A DNA stretch of 64,000 nt from Nitrosopumilus sp. (lineage in GTDB: Archaea > Thermoproteota > Nitrososphaeria > Nitrososphaerales > Nitrosopumilaceae). The stretch is from assembly GCA_965205215.1 (NCBI GenBank), contig OZ242041.1, positions 1,792,001 to 1,856,000 of the forward strand, read 5' to 3'. Below, piece after piece: positions 29,019 to 38,837 of this stretch (the first letter of the stretch is position 1; every line of letters begins with the position of its first letter). The notes beneath the pieces were generated by a model. It saw only the letters and a program-made list of their open reading frames with translations, ran no database searches and had not been told where the DNA came from. The translations under genes and the position numbers were made by a program.

Positions 29019-30914
29019 ATGTGTTGTTCTATAATTGGGTACAGCGGCAGGGGCAACGGTGACAGCGGCGGCGCGGCGCCCATACTGGTACGCGGACTCA
29101 GGCGCATGGAGTATCGCGGATACGACAGCGTGGGAGTCGCAACCGCATCAGGCGAGCGCGCACGCGGTGGGCGCGGCTCGGGGCAGCAGACGGACGGAGG
29201 CATAATGGTACGCAAGGGCACCGGCAGGGTGGATGACGTGAACAGGTCGGCGCGCCTTGACGCGATGCCCGGAAGCGTAGGAATAGGCCATACAAGGTGG
29301 GCCACCCATGGAAACGTGACGGATGCAAACGCGCACCCCCATCCAAGCAGTTCAGGCGAGATCGCCGTAGTGCACAACGGCATCATAACAAACTTCGAGG
29401 AGATAAAGTCCGAGCTTGTAAAGGACGGATACGCGTTCAGGAGCGAAACGGACAGCGAGGTGATCTCAAACCTGCTGCAGAAAAACTACGAGCGAACCAA
29501 GAGCGTCAAGGAAGCCATGACGGGCACGGTTTCAAGGCTGCAGGGCGAATATGCGTTCGTGGCAATGTTCAGCGGAGGCAGGCTGGCCGCGGCCAGGCTC
29601 CACAAGCCGCTCATAATTGGGGTCGGAAAGAACGACATGTTCCTCTCAAGCGACGTGCTCGGGTTCATCGAGTATACAGACGAGGCCGTATACGTGGAGA
29701 ACGGCAACATGGTGATTACAAACGGCGACATGCCCACGTTTGAGATAACGGACTTTGAGGGAAGTCCCGTCAAGTACAGCATAACAAAGGTCTCAAAGGA
29801 GTTCGGGGACGCGTACAAGGGCGACTATGCGCACTTTACCCTAAAGGAGATCTTCGAGCAGCACGAGACCGCGTCCAGGGCAGGCGGGACGGCCGTGCGG
29901 GAGATAGCAGAGGCCGCCAAGATCATACGCGACGCGGACAACGTATGCATGACGGGCAGTGGGAGCAGCTACAACGCGGCGCTGGTCGCAAAGCACTTCT
30001 TTGCAAGCCATGCCAAAAAGAGCACAGAGGCCGTCATGTCAAGCGAGATGCAGTTCTCATCGGAAGGAATGGGCCCCGGCTCGGTACTCGTGGCCATATC
30101 ACAGAGCGGGGAGAGCGCCGACGTGCTGAGCGCAGTCAGGACGGCGAGAAAGGCAGGGTGCAGAATAATATCGGTGGTCAACATGATGACCTCCTCGCTT
30201 GCGCGCCAGTCGGACGTGACAATCGGGATGAACTGCGGCCCCGAGATAGGAGTGGCCGCCACCAAGAGCTTTACGTCCCAGCTGGTGGTGCTGTACAGGA
30301 TAATATCGCAAGTGGCAGAAGGCAGGCGGCTTGATGGCGATGGCGAAGGCGGTGGCATCAGCAGCAGCAGCAGCAGCAGCGACATCACAGACGCGGTCCC
30401 GGGCCTCATACTTCGGACGCTGGAGGATCCCACCGGCATGCAGAAGGTGGCAAAGGAGCTAAAGGACATCTCGGACATATACGTGCTAGGCAGGGGCGTG
30501 CACTATCCCATTGCAACAGAGGCGGCCCTGAAGATAAAGGAGCTGACGTACATACACGCAGAGGGGATTGCAGGGGGCGAGCTAAAGCACGGGCCGCTTG
30601 CGCTGATGGACGACTCGACATATGTCATTGTGATAAACCCGGCCGACTCCACGCACGAAGATATGCTGACCAGTGCAAGGGAGATAAAAGCCAGGGGCGC
30701 GAGAATAATAGGGATATCCGACGCGCACTCCGACGTGTACGACCACTGGATAAGGATTCCAGAGATCAGTGACAGGGAGGAGAATCCAAAGAGCCCGCTT
30801 TATGCCATATCGGAGATCATACCCATACAGCTGCTCGCGTATTATACGGCGCTGGAGAGAAATGAGGACCCGGACTATCCGAGGAACCTGGCAAAGTCTG
30901 TAACTGTCAAATGA
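29019..30914 (+). CDS. glmS: Glutamine--fructose-6-phosphate transaminase
   Basis: EYRGYDS, GHTRWATHG, HNGII, ETDSE, SQSGE, VAATKSF, ELKHGPLAL, PRNLAKSVTV. Confidence 0.96.
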   Translation: MCCSIIGYSGRGNGDSGGAAPILVRGLRRMEYRGYDSVGVATASGERARGGRGSGQQTDGGIMVRKGTGRVDDVNRSARLDAMPGSVGIGHTRWATHGNVTDANAHPHPSSSGEIAVVHNGIITNFEEIKSELVKDGYAFRSETDSEVISNLLQKNYERTKSVKEAMTGTVSRLQGEYAFVAMFSGGRLAAARLHKPLIIGVGKNDMFLSSDVLGFIEYTDEAVYVENGNMVITNGDMPTFEITDFEGSPVKYSITKVSKEFGDAYKGDYAHFTLKEIFEQHETASRAGGTAVREIAEAAKIIRDADNVCMTGSGSSYNAALVAKHFFASHAKKSTEAVMSSEMQFSSEGMGPGSVLVAISQSGESADVLSAVRTARKAGCRIISVVNMMTSSLARQSDVTIGMNCGPEIGVAATKSFTSQLVVLYRIISQVAEGRRLDGDGEGGGISSSSSSSDITDAVPGLILRTLEDPTGMQKVAKELKDISDIYVLGRGVHYPIATEAALKIKELTYIHAEGIAGGELKHGPLALMDDSTYVIVINPADSTHEDMLTSAREIKARGARIIGISDAHSDVYDHWIRIPEISDREENPKSPLYAISEIIPIQLLAYYTALERNEDPDYPRNLAKSVTVK

Positions 30915-30980
30915 CAGCGGCGCCGATGCCAAAAGGGCCGCGGACGCGCCCCGTCCGGCACGCGGCCCGCAAGCCAGTCC

Positions 30981-32303
30981 CTATGCGGCCCGCGATCCGA
31001 ACATTTTGGAGTACTCGGCGTCTATTGCGCGCGCCATCTCTGCGCGCCCGGCATTCGTCTTTAGCATGGCAGATATGATGCAGCCGCCTGCGCCCACGCC
31101 CTCCTTGGCATACCCCTCCGCGAACGCCCTCAGTCCCGCATGCCTCGAGGCGTCAAGCCCCGGGTCTACCGCGATTGCAGGCACGTCGGACACGTCGGAC
31201 AACAGCCCTGCAAAGTCCGCGTTCTTGTCCTCTGCCACGTACGAGGTTGTTCCGACTGCCACGTTGCTGCCATCGTATCCTATTCCCGACGCAACGGCAA
31301 GGACGGCGGCCATCTGCGTCCCGCCTGCCAGCATCACCTTGGAAGATACGGACGCGGAGCTTAGCATGCCGGCCACGAACGGAATCATGGGATCCCCCAC
31401 GGCTGCCGTTATCCGGTACACGTAATGCTGCCTCTCTGCCTCGCTTGAACCCGGTCCGGGCGGCTTTGGCGCGACGTCATCAAGGGTGGCCTGCGCGTCG
31501 GAGGCACTGCCGCCGCGTTCCGGGTGCGCGGCCGCGTTCGGGCGGTCCCGGCTTGGCAGACGCCGCCCGTCACCGGATGCAGTGCCAGCTGCATTGCCCG
31601 CGGCTCCATCAGGGACGCCTTCGGCACGGCCGTCCTTCCCCCCGGGCACATGCTGCCGTGCACGCCCCGCGCCCTCCCTGCCGAGCCGCAAAAACGCGTC
31701 GCGTACGACCCTTCTCTTGAGCGATATCGGGTTTGAGGGCATGCTGGAGCTGACCCTCGCGCGATACCCCAGCCCGTACAAGACCGCCATTGCCGTGGTG
31801 GTTCCGGCCGGAATGCTCTCGCCTATCACCAGGCAGTCGGCAAGCGGCGCCAGGCTCCTCCCCACTATGCGCCCATAGTCCACCGCATGCAGCACGTCCT
31901 GCACCGACATCGCGTCACGCGTGCGGATGTTGCCGCCGTATCCAAGCCCCGTGGCCACGTACGGCAACCTCGGGGATACGCGGCTTCCGGCGTTTATCGC
32001 CACGTGCGGAATGCTTGCGTGCTCGAGGGCCGCCTTTGTAAGGACGGCAGGGGTCGGCTTGCCGTCAGGCGTGACGGGGATGCCCTTGATGGTCCTGCAG
32101 TATCCGTAATGCAGGTATTCGGCGTCGGCAGGCGGCGTGAACTTGAACGAGTCCGCGTCGGCGCCGGCAATCGTAAGCCCGGGGACCTCGCAGGTGGACG
32201 TATACGACATTACCATCGAGAACAGGAACCTGCCGGAGGCTACAGAGTCGACAAAGTCTGCACCCCTGCGCTCGCTTCCGTGTATCCTCAGGCCGTCGTC
32301 CAT
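30981..32303 (-). CDS. cobT: Archaeal CobT-like nicotinate-nucleotide phosphoribosyltransferase
   Basis: TPPADAE, PTPAVLT, GESIPAGTTTA, LAGGTQM, AKEGVGAGG; insert of about 80 aa. Confidence 0.8.
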   Translation of the reverse strand: MDDGLRIHGSERRGADFVDSVASGRFLFSMVMSYTSTCEVPGLTIAGADADSFKFTPPADAEYLHYGYCRTIKGIPVTPDGKPTPAVLTKAALEHASIPHVAINAGSRVSPRLPYVATGLGYGGNIRTRDAMSVQDVLHAVDYGRIVGRSLAPLADCLVIGESIPAGTTTAMAVLYGLGYRARVSSSMPSNPISLKRRVVRDAFLRLGREGAGRARQHVPGGKDGRAEGVPDGAAGNAAGTASGDGRRLPSRDRPNAAAHPERGGSASDAQATLDDVAPKPPGPGSSEAERQHYVYRITAAVGDPMIPFVAGMLSSASVSSKVMLAGGTQMAAVLAVASGIGYDGSNVAVGTTSYVAEDKNADFAGLLSDVSDVPAIAVDPGLDASRHAGLRAFAEGYAKEGVGAGGCIISAMLKTNAGRAEMARAIDAEYSKMFGSRAA

Positions 32304-32378
32304 GTCCGTTGCGCATCACCAGCCCGTTCGCGGCGCAGGCCGGCCCCCTCGCGTAAAGAACAGTGCGGCCGTGCGCGG

Positions 32379-32999
32379 TCACCCCATGGTCATCCTTGTC
32401 ACGAACTGCTCCTCGGATACCGGGCGCATCACAGGATTGCTCTGCTTTTGATCCCCAAGGGTGGACGTCGGCGAGGCCCCATAGTCGTGCCCCGGATACA
32501 TTACAAGCGAGTCCTCAAGGTTTGCAAGTGTGCCGAATATGCTGTGGTACAGTTCGCGCGCGCTGCCGCCGGGCAGGTCGACGCGCCCGCACGCGCCCAC
32601 AAACAGCGTGTCGCCGGTAAAGATCTTGCCGTCCCCGACCAGGCATATGCTGTCCTTTGAGTGGCCGGGGGTGTGCAGCACCTCGAGCGCCGAGTCCCCA
32701 AACGTGACGGCGTCGCCGTGCCGCAGCGATACGTCGTGGGGCAGCTCGGACGCCTCGTGCTGCGCGACGGGGGCGCCCGTGGACTGGGCCATCTGCTCGT
32801 TTCCCGTCGTGTGGTCAAAGTGGTGGTGCGTGTTCACGATATACCTGACGTTGAGCGAGTCGCGCTTGAGTATCAGATCCAGTTCCGCCAGATCCCAGGA
32901 CGGATCTATTATGACCGCGTCCCCTGTGCCCACATCTGACACGACGTACGTAAAGTTCTGCATCCGGCCCACCGGCACCTGCTCTACTGCAACGGTCAT
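32379..32999 (-). CDS. MBL-fold metallo-hydrolase (glyoxalase II-like)
   Basis: THHHFDH, HTPGHS, FTGDTLF..CGR, YPGHDYG. Confidence 0.9.
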   Translation of the reverse strand: MTVAVEQVPVGRMQNFTYVVSDVGTGDAVIIDPSWDLAELDLILKRDSLNVRYIVNTHHHFDHTTGNEQMAQSTGAPVAQHEASELPHDVSLRHGDAVTFGDSALEVLHTPGHSKDSICLVGDGKIFTGDTLFVGACGRVDLPGGSARELYHSIFGTLANLEDSLVMYPGHDYGASPTSTLGDQKQSNPVMRPVSEEQFVTRMTMG

Positions 33000-33676
33000 G
33001 AGACGATTCCTGCCTCCGCCTCCGGCGGGATGCCTATCTTTTCCGTATGCAGGGCGCCGGTCAGGTCGGGGCGCCTTGGAATGCCCTGCTTCATGCGGTG
33101 GAACGTGACGGTCATGTCGCACGCCGTATGCATGTTGGCAGTCTCCCCGGTCTGCGGGTCGAGCCCCGAGGGCACGTCTACTGCCATCTTGAACGGCCCT
33201 TGCTGCTCGTTGATGTACGCGATGGCCGACGAGTACGGCTCCCGTATGTCGCCCGTGATTCCGGTTCCGAATATCGCGTCTACAAGGACGTCAGGCGTGC
33301 TGCTTGGCGGCACAAACCCGGCGCCGCATGCCACCAAGGACACCGAACCGGGCATCCTCTCCAAGAGGGACCAGTTCCACCGGCTCTCCTCCGTCTTTAT
33401 CATATCGGGGCCGCCTAGCAGGTGCACTGCGGGACGAGCCCCGTACCCGGCAAGGTGCCGGGCAACTACCATCCCGTCGCCGCCGTTGTTTCCAAGGCCG
33501 GCGGCCACCAGAACGCGCTTGCCTGCCATGTCGTGCCCCCCGGCGCGTATGGCCTCCACCAGGCGCCTGGCGGCGGCGGCGCCGGCATTCTCCATCATGA
33601 ATTTTTTGAGAAAGCCCATGTCGTGCCCCCTGTTCTCGATGTCGTACATCTGAGACACCGTAATTGGCGGATCCAT
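32996..33676 (-). CDS. nnrE: NAD(P)H-hydrate epimerase
   Basis: MENAG, GLGNNGGDG.V.ARHL, VDAIFGTG, AVDVPSG. Confidence 0.92.
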   Translation of the reverse strand: MDPPITVSQMYDIENRGHDMGFLKKFMMENAGAAAARRLVEAIRAGGHDMAGKRVLVAAGLGNNGGDGMVVARHLAGYGARPAVHLLGGPDMIKTEESRWNWSLLERMPGSVSLVACGAGFVPPSSTPDVLVDAIFGTGITGDIREPYSSAIAYINEQQGPFKMAVDVPSGLDPQTGETANMHTACDMTVTFHRMKQGIPRRPDLTGALHTEKIGIPPEAEAGIVS

Positions 33677-33809
33677 GGCGTGGTGGACGGGGGCGGCCAA
33701 ATTAAGCTTGCCAAGCATCGGCGGCGGGCGCTGTCACCCTCACCCCGGAATGCGGCCGCGGACAAAAACAGCCCTTAAGGAATTTAACGGGGCCCTTGGC
33801 AGTACAATC

Positions 33810-35030
33810 GTGAAGAGTGTCCTCACACTTGATGACTTTGACCTCAGGGGCAAGACCGTGCTTCTGAGGGTCGACATAAACTGCCCCATCGACCCCAACA
33901 CAATGGAGATCCTAGGCACGAAACGGATAGAGGAGGCGGCGGCCAGCCTAAAGTCGCTGCAGGATGCAAAGGTGGTGATCGCATCCCACCAGGGAAGGGT
34001 GGGCAACAACGACTATACCGGAATGTCAAGCCATGCGGAGGTGCTCCAGAAGGTGACCGGCCGCAGCATCAAATACGTGGAGGATGTGATGGGGGTGGCG
34101 GCCCAAAACGAGATACGCGACATGAAGGACGGCGACATCATACTGCTTGACAACCTCAGGTTCTGCGCGGAGGAGAACTATGAGTTTCCCCCCGAGGCCG
34201 CCGCCAAGACGATAATGGTCTCCAGGCTCTCAAAGCTGTTCGACGCGTGCGTCATGGACTCGTTTCCGAGCGCGCACAGGCAGCATCCGTCTATCGTGGG
34301 CTTTCCCCACGTGCTGCCGGCGTGCGCCGGCAGGATTGTGGAGCGCGAGGTCCAGAACCTCGACAACATAATGACGGTGGCAAAGGCCCCCCACGTGATC
34401 GTGCTGGGGGGCTCAAAGGTGCCCGACAGGCTCGAGGCCATAAAGATGCTGATAGAGAACGGCAGGGCCGACCACATACTGCTGACCGGGCTCATCGGAA
34501 ACGTGTTCCTGCGCGCGCAGGCAAGGATAAAGTCGTCGCTTGGGATAATGCGCGAGGAGGAGGCGGTGGCAAAGGCCCACGCGCTGATCGGCGAGTATCC
34601 CGACGTGTTTGCCACCCCCGTGGACGTGGCAATCGACAAGGACGGCGAGAGGGTCGAGATGGACGTCAGGGAGATGAGCAGGGGGGACAAGGTGTACGAC
34701 ATGGGCCCAAAGACGGTGGAGTACTATTCAAAGCTGATATCGGGCGCCGGCACCGTGTTCATAAGCGGGCCTGCGGGGTTCTTTGAGAACGAGAACTTTA
34801 GCTATGGGACAAACTCCCTGCTGAGGGCGGTCTCGGACTCCATGGCCACCACCATAGTCAGCGGCGGCCACCTGACCTCGGCGCTAAAGAATCTGGGGCT
34901 GACTGACAGGATAAACCACATCAGCACCGCCGGCGGGGCCCTCGTGCTGTACCTGACAGGCAAGCGCCTCCCCATGATAAGCGCGCTCGAGGATGCGGCC
35001 GCCAGGCACAGGAACCAGGGGCTCAGCTGA
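33810..35030 (+). CDS. pgk: Phosphoglycerate kinase
   Basis: RVDINCP, SHQGR, LLDNLRF, AHR, LGGSKV, SGGH, HISTAGGA; GTG start inferred. Confidence 0.95.
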   Translation: MKSVLTLDDFDLRGKTVLLRVDINCPIDPNTMEILGTKRIEEAAASLKSLQDAKVVIASHQGRVGNNDYTGMSSHAEVLQKVTGRSIKYVEDVMGVAAQNEIRDMKDGDIILLDNLRFCAEENYEFPPEAAAKTIMVSRLSKLFDACVMDSFPSAHRQHPSIVGFPHVLPACAGRIVEREVQNLDNIMTVAKAPHVIVLGGSKVPDRLEAIKMLIENGRADHILLTGLIGNVFLRAQARIKSSLGIMREEEAVAKAHALIGEYPDVFATPVDVAIDKDGERVEMDVREMSRGDKVYDMGPKTVEYYSKLISGAGTVFISGPAGFFENENFSYGTNSLLRAVSDSMATTIVSGGHLTSALKNLGLTDRINHISTAGGALVLYLTGKRLPMISALEDAAARHRNQGLS

Positions 35031-35260
35031 ACGGGGTCTGCCCCAGAGGGCGGCGGCAGCGGCAGGGAATACGAGGATTCGAGATCAGCCGCATTGAGGT
35101 GTCATCTAGCTGCAGGGGTGATAGCTGCAGAGACACTCTATTTCCGAGTGAATTCGAGAAGTCGTCTTGATAAAGACGGGTCAAATGACACCCATTGACC
35201 GCATCCAGAATGCAGAGCTTGCAGGAAAACTTATGAGCATGCCGCTGTTAGGCCGAGTGA

Positions 35261-37762
35261 TTGAGAGCCGGTATTTTGATGGCATCTCTGGTTGTTTTTG
35301 CCATGGCTGCGACAGCCGGTGCCCTTCCAGCTGATGCTCACCATGACGACGATACGTCCAGTGACAGCAGTGACCCAAAAATAGCAGTCTATGGAGATGA
35401 CGCCTATGTTACTTGGACAGAGAGCGTCAACTCCCAATTTGGAGACGTCTACTTTGTAAAAATCACCGGCGGCGAGTCGGTGGGAGAGCCAGTAAACGTC
35501 ACCAACGGGGAGTCGTTTTACCCGCGGCCCCAGATTCACGTAGCCGGAGAAAATATCTATCTGCTGTGGGAGGACAGGGCGACCAGCGACGGCAATGACC
35601 GGATGTTTTTTGCAAAAAGTAACGACGGGGGAGAGTCGTTTAGCAAGCCAAGAACCGTCCCCGAAGATAGCCGGTCCATCTACCGGCCATTCTCGATACA
35701 CCAGGTAAATGACACCGTGTACCTGTTTGGCAGAAACTGGAATCTAGACACCCAGCAGAACAGTGTCTTCTTTGCGACAAGCAACGACTTTGGGGACACG
35801 TTTTCAAAACCGACAACCCTGTTCAACCATGAGCAGTCCGATCAGAGAATCCAGGTTCAGGCGCACGATGGCACAATCTACATCCTCTCCGATGACAGGG
35901 GCGACTTTGATGAGAAGGGCTCGATATACCTTAGAAAAATCCTGCCTGACGGGACGCTGACTGGCCTGGTCAACGTCAACGGTGGCAAGACCGCCGTGAC
36001 CCGCCCCCAGTTTGCAGTATCCGGGGAAGACGTCTACGTATCGTGGAGGGACCGGGTTTCTGAGAAAGGAAGCTACGGAGCAACTGAGAGGTGGTACCCT
36101 GCATTTACAAAAAGCCACGACTCCGGAGAGTCCTTTGATGACCCGGTAATTTTGGAGTCGGATCCCAAGTCCATCGACACCGTGGGTATGGGCGGGGGGT
36201 CTGTCTTTGCCCACGGCAGCTCAGCATACGTACTGTGGAGATCAGAGTATTATGACGGCACGACGCAGAGTTTCAAGACGTTTCTGGCGCAAAGCCATGA
36301 CAGGGGCAGGCACTTTGAAGCCCAGCAGGTACCGCTCAATGACAAGATACTAGAGCACGGTTACATCCTAACAGGGCTGGACAATAACGGCCTCCATCAC
36401 ATTGCAGTCACCGTCAAAAATCCGCCGTTTAATGATGCGGCAGTATATTTTTCCACATCGAAGTCGGATGCACGCGGTGCCCCAGTAGACATATTGAAAG
36501 ACGTCCCAACCCAGATCGGCTGGATGCCGGATTTTGAATCAAGTGGGAGTGACATCTATTTTGTGACAGAAGGCAGCAACAACCAAAACTGCATCCTCTA
36601 CTCATACAGCAGCGACGGAGGAAAGTCGTTCAGTGACGTGGTAAACATCAGCCCAAATGGCACCCCGAAGGAATGCCTCGGGGTTGGAGAAGAAATAGAG
36701 ACACCAAAGAAACAGGCAGACCTTGGGGTGAAAATCGAAGACGTCCGGTGCAGTGAGGACCGCGCAAAGGGGTACATACTCGCCCTGCGGGAGCGCGACG
36801 GCGGTCCGATCTGCGTCACGTCTTCCAGCTATGATGCAATGCTTGAGAGAAAGGTAATAGACGAGGAGTCATTTGAGACGCTGGCCCTGAGTGCCGCAAG
36901 GAACTACCTGCTGTCCCATCCAGAAATTTCCGCAAACATTGTGGAGGACTCGCTGGAGCTGGAAACATACATGACCAGGCACTCCATACCCCCCGCCTTT
37001 ATAATCCGGGGCTCCTTTGAGACGGCATCCCCGGTGTATGACTATGATGTAGACCCCCTCAGCCACGATGTCGAGATCACGCTGGTACGAAACAACAAGA
37101 TCCACCTTGCAACGATCGACCGGGTGCATTCCCTGCTGGAGCCAGGCACGGGAGAGGAAGGACATCCGGGAGTGGGCACCATCGTATCCCCCACAATCAA
37201 AACGATACTGTCCCCGGGGGACAGGCTAAACGACAGGGGACTGGTCCCCCTGGTGATTACCGAGGTGTCTCAGGGGGGGTACCCGGATATAGCACACTGG
37301 ACCTTCCAGTCAATCGGACACCGCGGAGACGGCAGGGACACAGAATGGGTATTTTTGCCCGACCAATACGAAGTCAACGAGACGGTGGATCAGGAAGGAA
37401 ATGACGCAATAGACCGGTGGAGGACGCATGAAGGCGTGTTCGTTCCCGGCATGCTGCTTCTGTTTCCTGCCATATGCGAGGGCCGTGAGCGAATAGAGGG
37501 CGAGTCCGGATGGCACTACACCCTGCCTACAAGGACCGACGCGTCTGAGATTTACTTTAGGTCAACAGACAGGGGAATCTATCCCGATGAAAACGGGGTC
37601 TACGACATTCGGTTTGTCTCAATGTTCAAACCCGAGGTGGAACTGCTCCCGAACATGGAGGCATCCATAAACAAGACCGTTCTGTGTCCGCTTGAGGAGT
37701 CGAGGAATGATGCAACGCATGCATACTATACCCATTTGCAATACAGAATAGCCAGCGATTGA
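35261..37762 (+). CDS. Secreted BNR/Asp-box repeat (sialidase-like propeller) protein
   Basis: Signal peptide; SNDGGESF, SNDFGDTF, SHDSGESF, SHDRGRHF, SSDGGKSF; visibly lower GC than neighbours. Confidence 0.82.
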   Translation: MRAGILMASLVVFAMAATAGALPADAHHDDDTSSDSSDPKIAVYGDDAYVTWTESVNSQFGDVYFVKITGGESVGEPVNVTNGESFYPRPQIHVAGENIYLLWEDRATSDGNDRMFFAKSNDGGESFSKPRTVPEDSRSIYRPFSIHQVNDTVYLFGRNWNLDTQQNSVFFATSNDFGDTFSKPTTLFNHEQSDQRIQVQAHDGTIYILSDDRGDFDEKGSIYLRKILPDGTLTGLVNVNGGKTAVTRPQFAVSGEDVYVSWRDRVSEKGSYGATERWYPAFTKSHDSGESFDDPVILESDPKSIDTVGMGGGSVFAHGSSAYVLWRSEYYDGTTQSFKTFLAQSHDRGRHFEAQQVPLNDKILEHGYILTGLDNNGLHHIAVTVKNPPFNDAAVYFSTSKSDARGAPVDILKDVPTQIGWMPDFESSGSDIYFVTEGSNNQNCILYSYSSDGGKSFSDVVNISPNGTPKECLGVGEEIETPKKQADLGVKIEDVRCSEDRAKGYILALRERDGGPICVTSSSYDAMLERKVIDEESFETLALSAARNYLLSHPEISANIVEDSLELETYMTRHSIPPAFIIRGSFETASPVYDYDVDPLSHDVEITLVRNNKIHLATIDRVHSLLEPGTGEEGHPGVGTIVSPTIKTILSPGDRLNDRGLVPLVITEVSQGGYPDIAHWTFQSIGHRGDGRDTEWVFLPDQYEVNETVDQEGNDAIDRWRTHEGVFVPGMLLLFPAICEGRERIEGESGWHYTLPTRTDASEIYFRSTDRGIYPDENGVYDIRFVSMFKPEVELLPNMEASINKTVLCPLEESRNDATHAYYTHLQYRIASD

Positions 37763-37949
37763 CCCTCACGGGCATAGCTTGGAATGGGACTGCCAAGTTG
37801 ACGTGCGATGGCGTATTCGTAATCACACACGAACTTGACACCCTCACAAGTATATTATATCGTTGTAAAAAAGAACTCAAGCTCGGAGTGACCCACTAGA
37901 ACATCAACGACGTCGAGGAGACGTTTTTGCGATTGGCGCCGCTCTGCAT

Positions 37950-38345
37950 TCAGGTTCCTAGTGGCGCCCCGCAGCCGGGATTAGGGCACGTGCGCTCCTC
38001 TGCCCTTCCCAGATAGACGGTTTGGGAACAGGCGGCGCACTTCATCTCGTCCACCACGTCAAAGAGGCGCAGCCATATCGTGTTACAGTTCTGCGCTATG
38101 TTGCGCACAAGGCCCGACTCGCACAACGACGTAAAGTCGGATTCGACGTCGCACACGTCACACGCGTCGTCCACGACGCCTTTTTTGCGCATGATGTCCA
38201 GGACTTCGTCGTTCGTAAACCGGAGCTCGAAGTCGTTGAAATTCTCAAATATCGTGCGGCGCATCTCAAGGCCCAGCGCGGCGGCGTTGGTGCCGGAGGC
38301 AGGAGCGTCGTCGGTCCCTGCCGCCCTATCAGAGTCGCCGACCAT
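37950..38345 (-). CDS. Hypothetical protein with C-terminal zinc ribbon
   Basis: CAAC..CPNPGC; abuts sufU with no gap. Confidence 0.75.
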   Translation of the reverse strand: MVGDSDRAAGTDDAPASGTNAAALGLEMRRTIFENFNDFELRFTNDEVLDIMRKKGVVDDACDVCDVESDFTSLCESGLVRNIAQNCNTIWLRLFDVVDEMKCAACSQTVYLGRAEERTCPNPGCGAPLGT

Positions 38346-38837
38346 CTAGTATAGTCCGGCAGCCTCTTCTTTTAGTCTGTCGATCGCCTCAGAAGACACG
38401 CCGGCATCCGCGGCGTCCGGGTCAGCGGAGCCTGAGCCCTGCATGTGACTTCCAAGATACGTGTACAGCGCCGACTTGAACACCTTCAGCGGCAGCAGCG
38501 CGCACTTTATGCGGACCGCCTGCAGGTGTTCCAACCCCAGCTCACCTAGTATGTCGTCCTTGCCGACTGCTCTCACCTCTTCCAGGCTCTTTCCCTTTGT
38601 GATCTCAGTCAGGACCGACGAGCACGCCATGCAGATTGCGCAGCCCTTGCCGTGGAACTTTATGTCTGAGACGGCGTCGTCGGATATGTTCATGTCTATG
38701 TCTATGCTGTCACCGCACAGCGGGTTTGCGTCATGAAACGTCACGTCGGGGTTCTCTATCTTGCCAAAGTTTGACGGATTCCTCGAATAGTCCACGATCA
38801 TCTCATGGTAGATGTCCGCGTTGCCGCCGCTGCTCAT
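38346..38837 (-). CDS. sufU: SufU/IscU-type Fe-S scaffold
   Basis: NPSNFG, NPLCGD, GCAICMA, RIKCALL. Confidence 0.9.
   Translation of the reverse strand: MSSGGNADIYHEMIVDYSRNPSNFGKIENPDVTFHDANPLCGDSIDIDMNISDDAVSDIKFHGKGCAICMACSSVLTEITKGKSLEEVRAVGKDDILGELGLEHLQAVRIKCALLPLKVFKSALYTYLGSHMQGSGSADPDAADAGVSSEAIDRLKEEAAGLY

Noticed and set aside
31430-31680. Inteins as the source of enzyme insertions
   Set aside because: The inserts are short and low-complexity and lack intein terminal motifs (C/S start, HN-C/S/T end).
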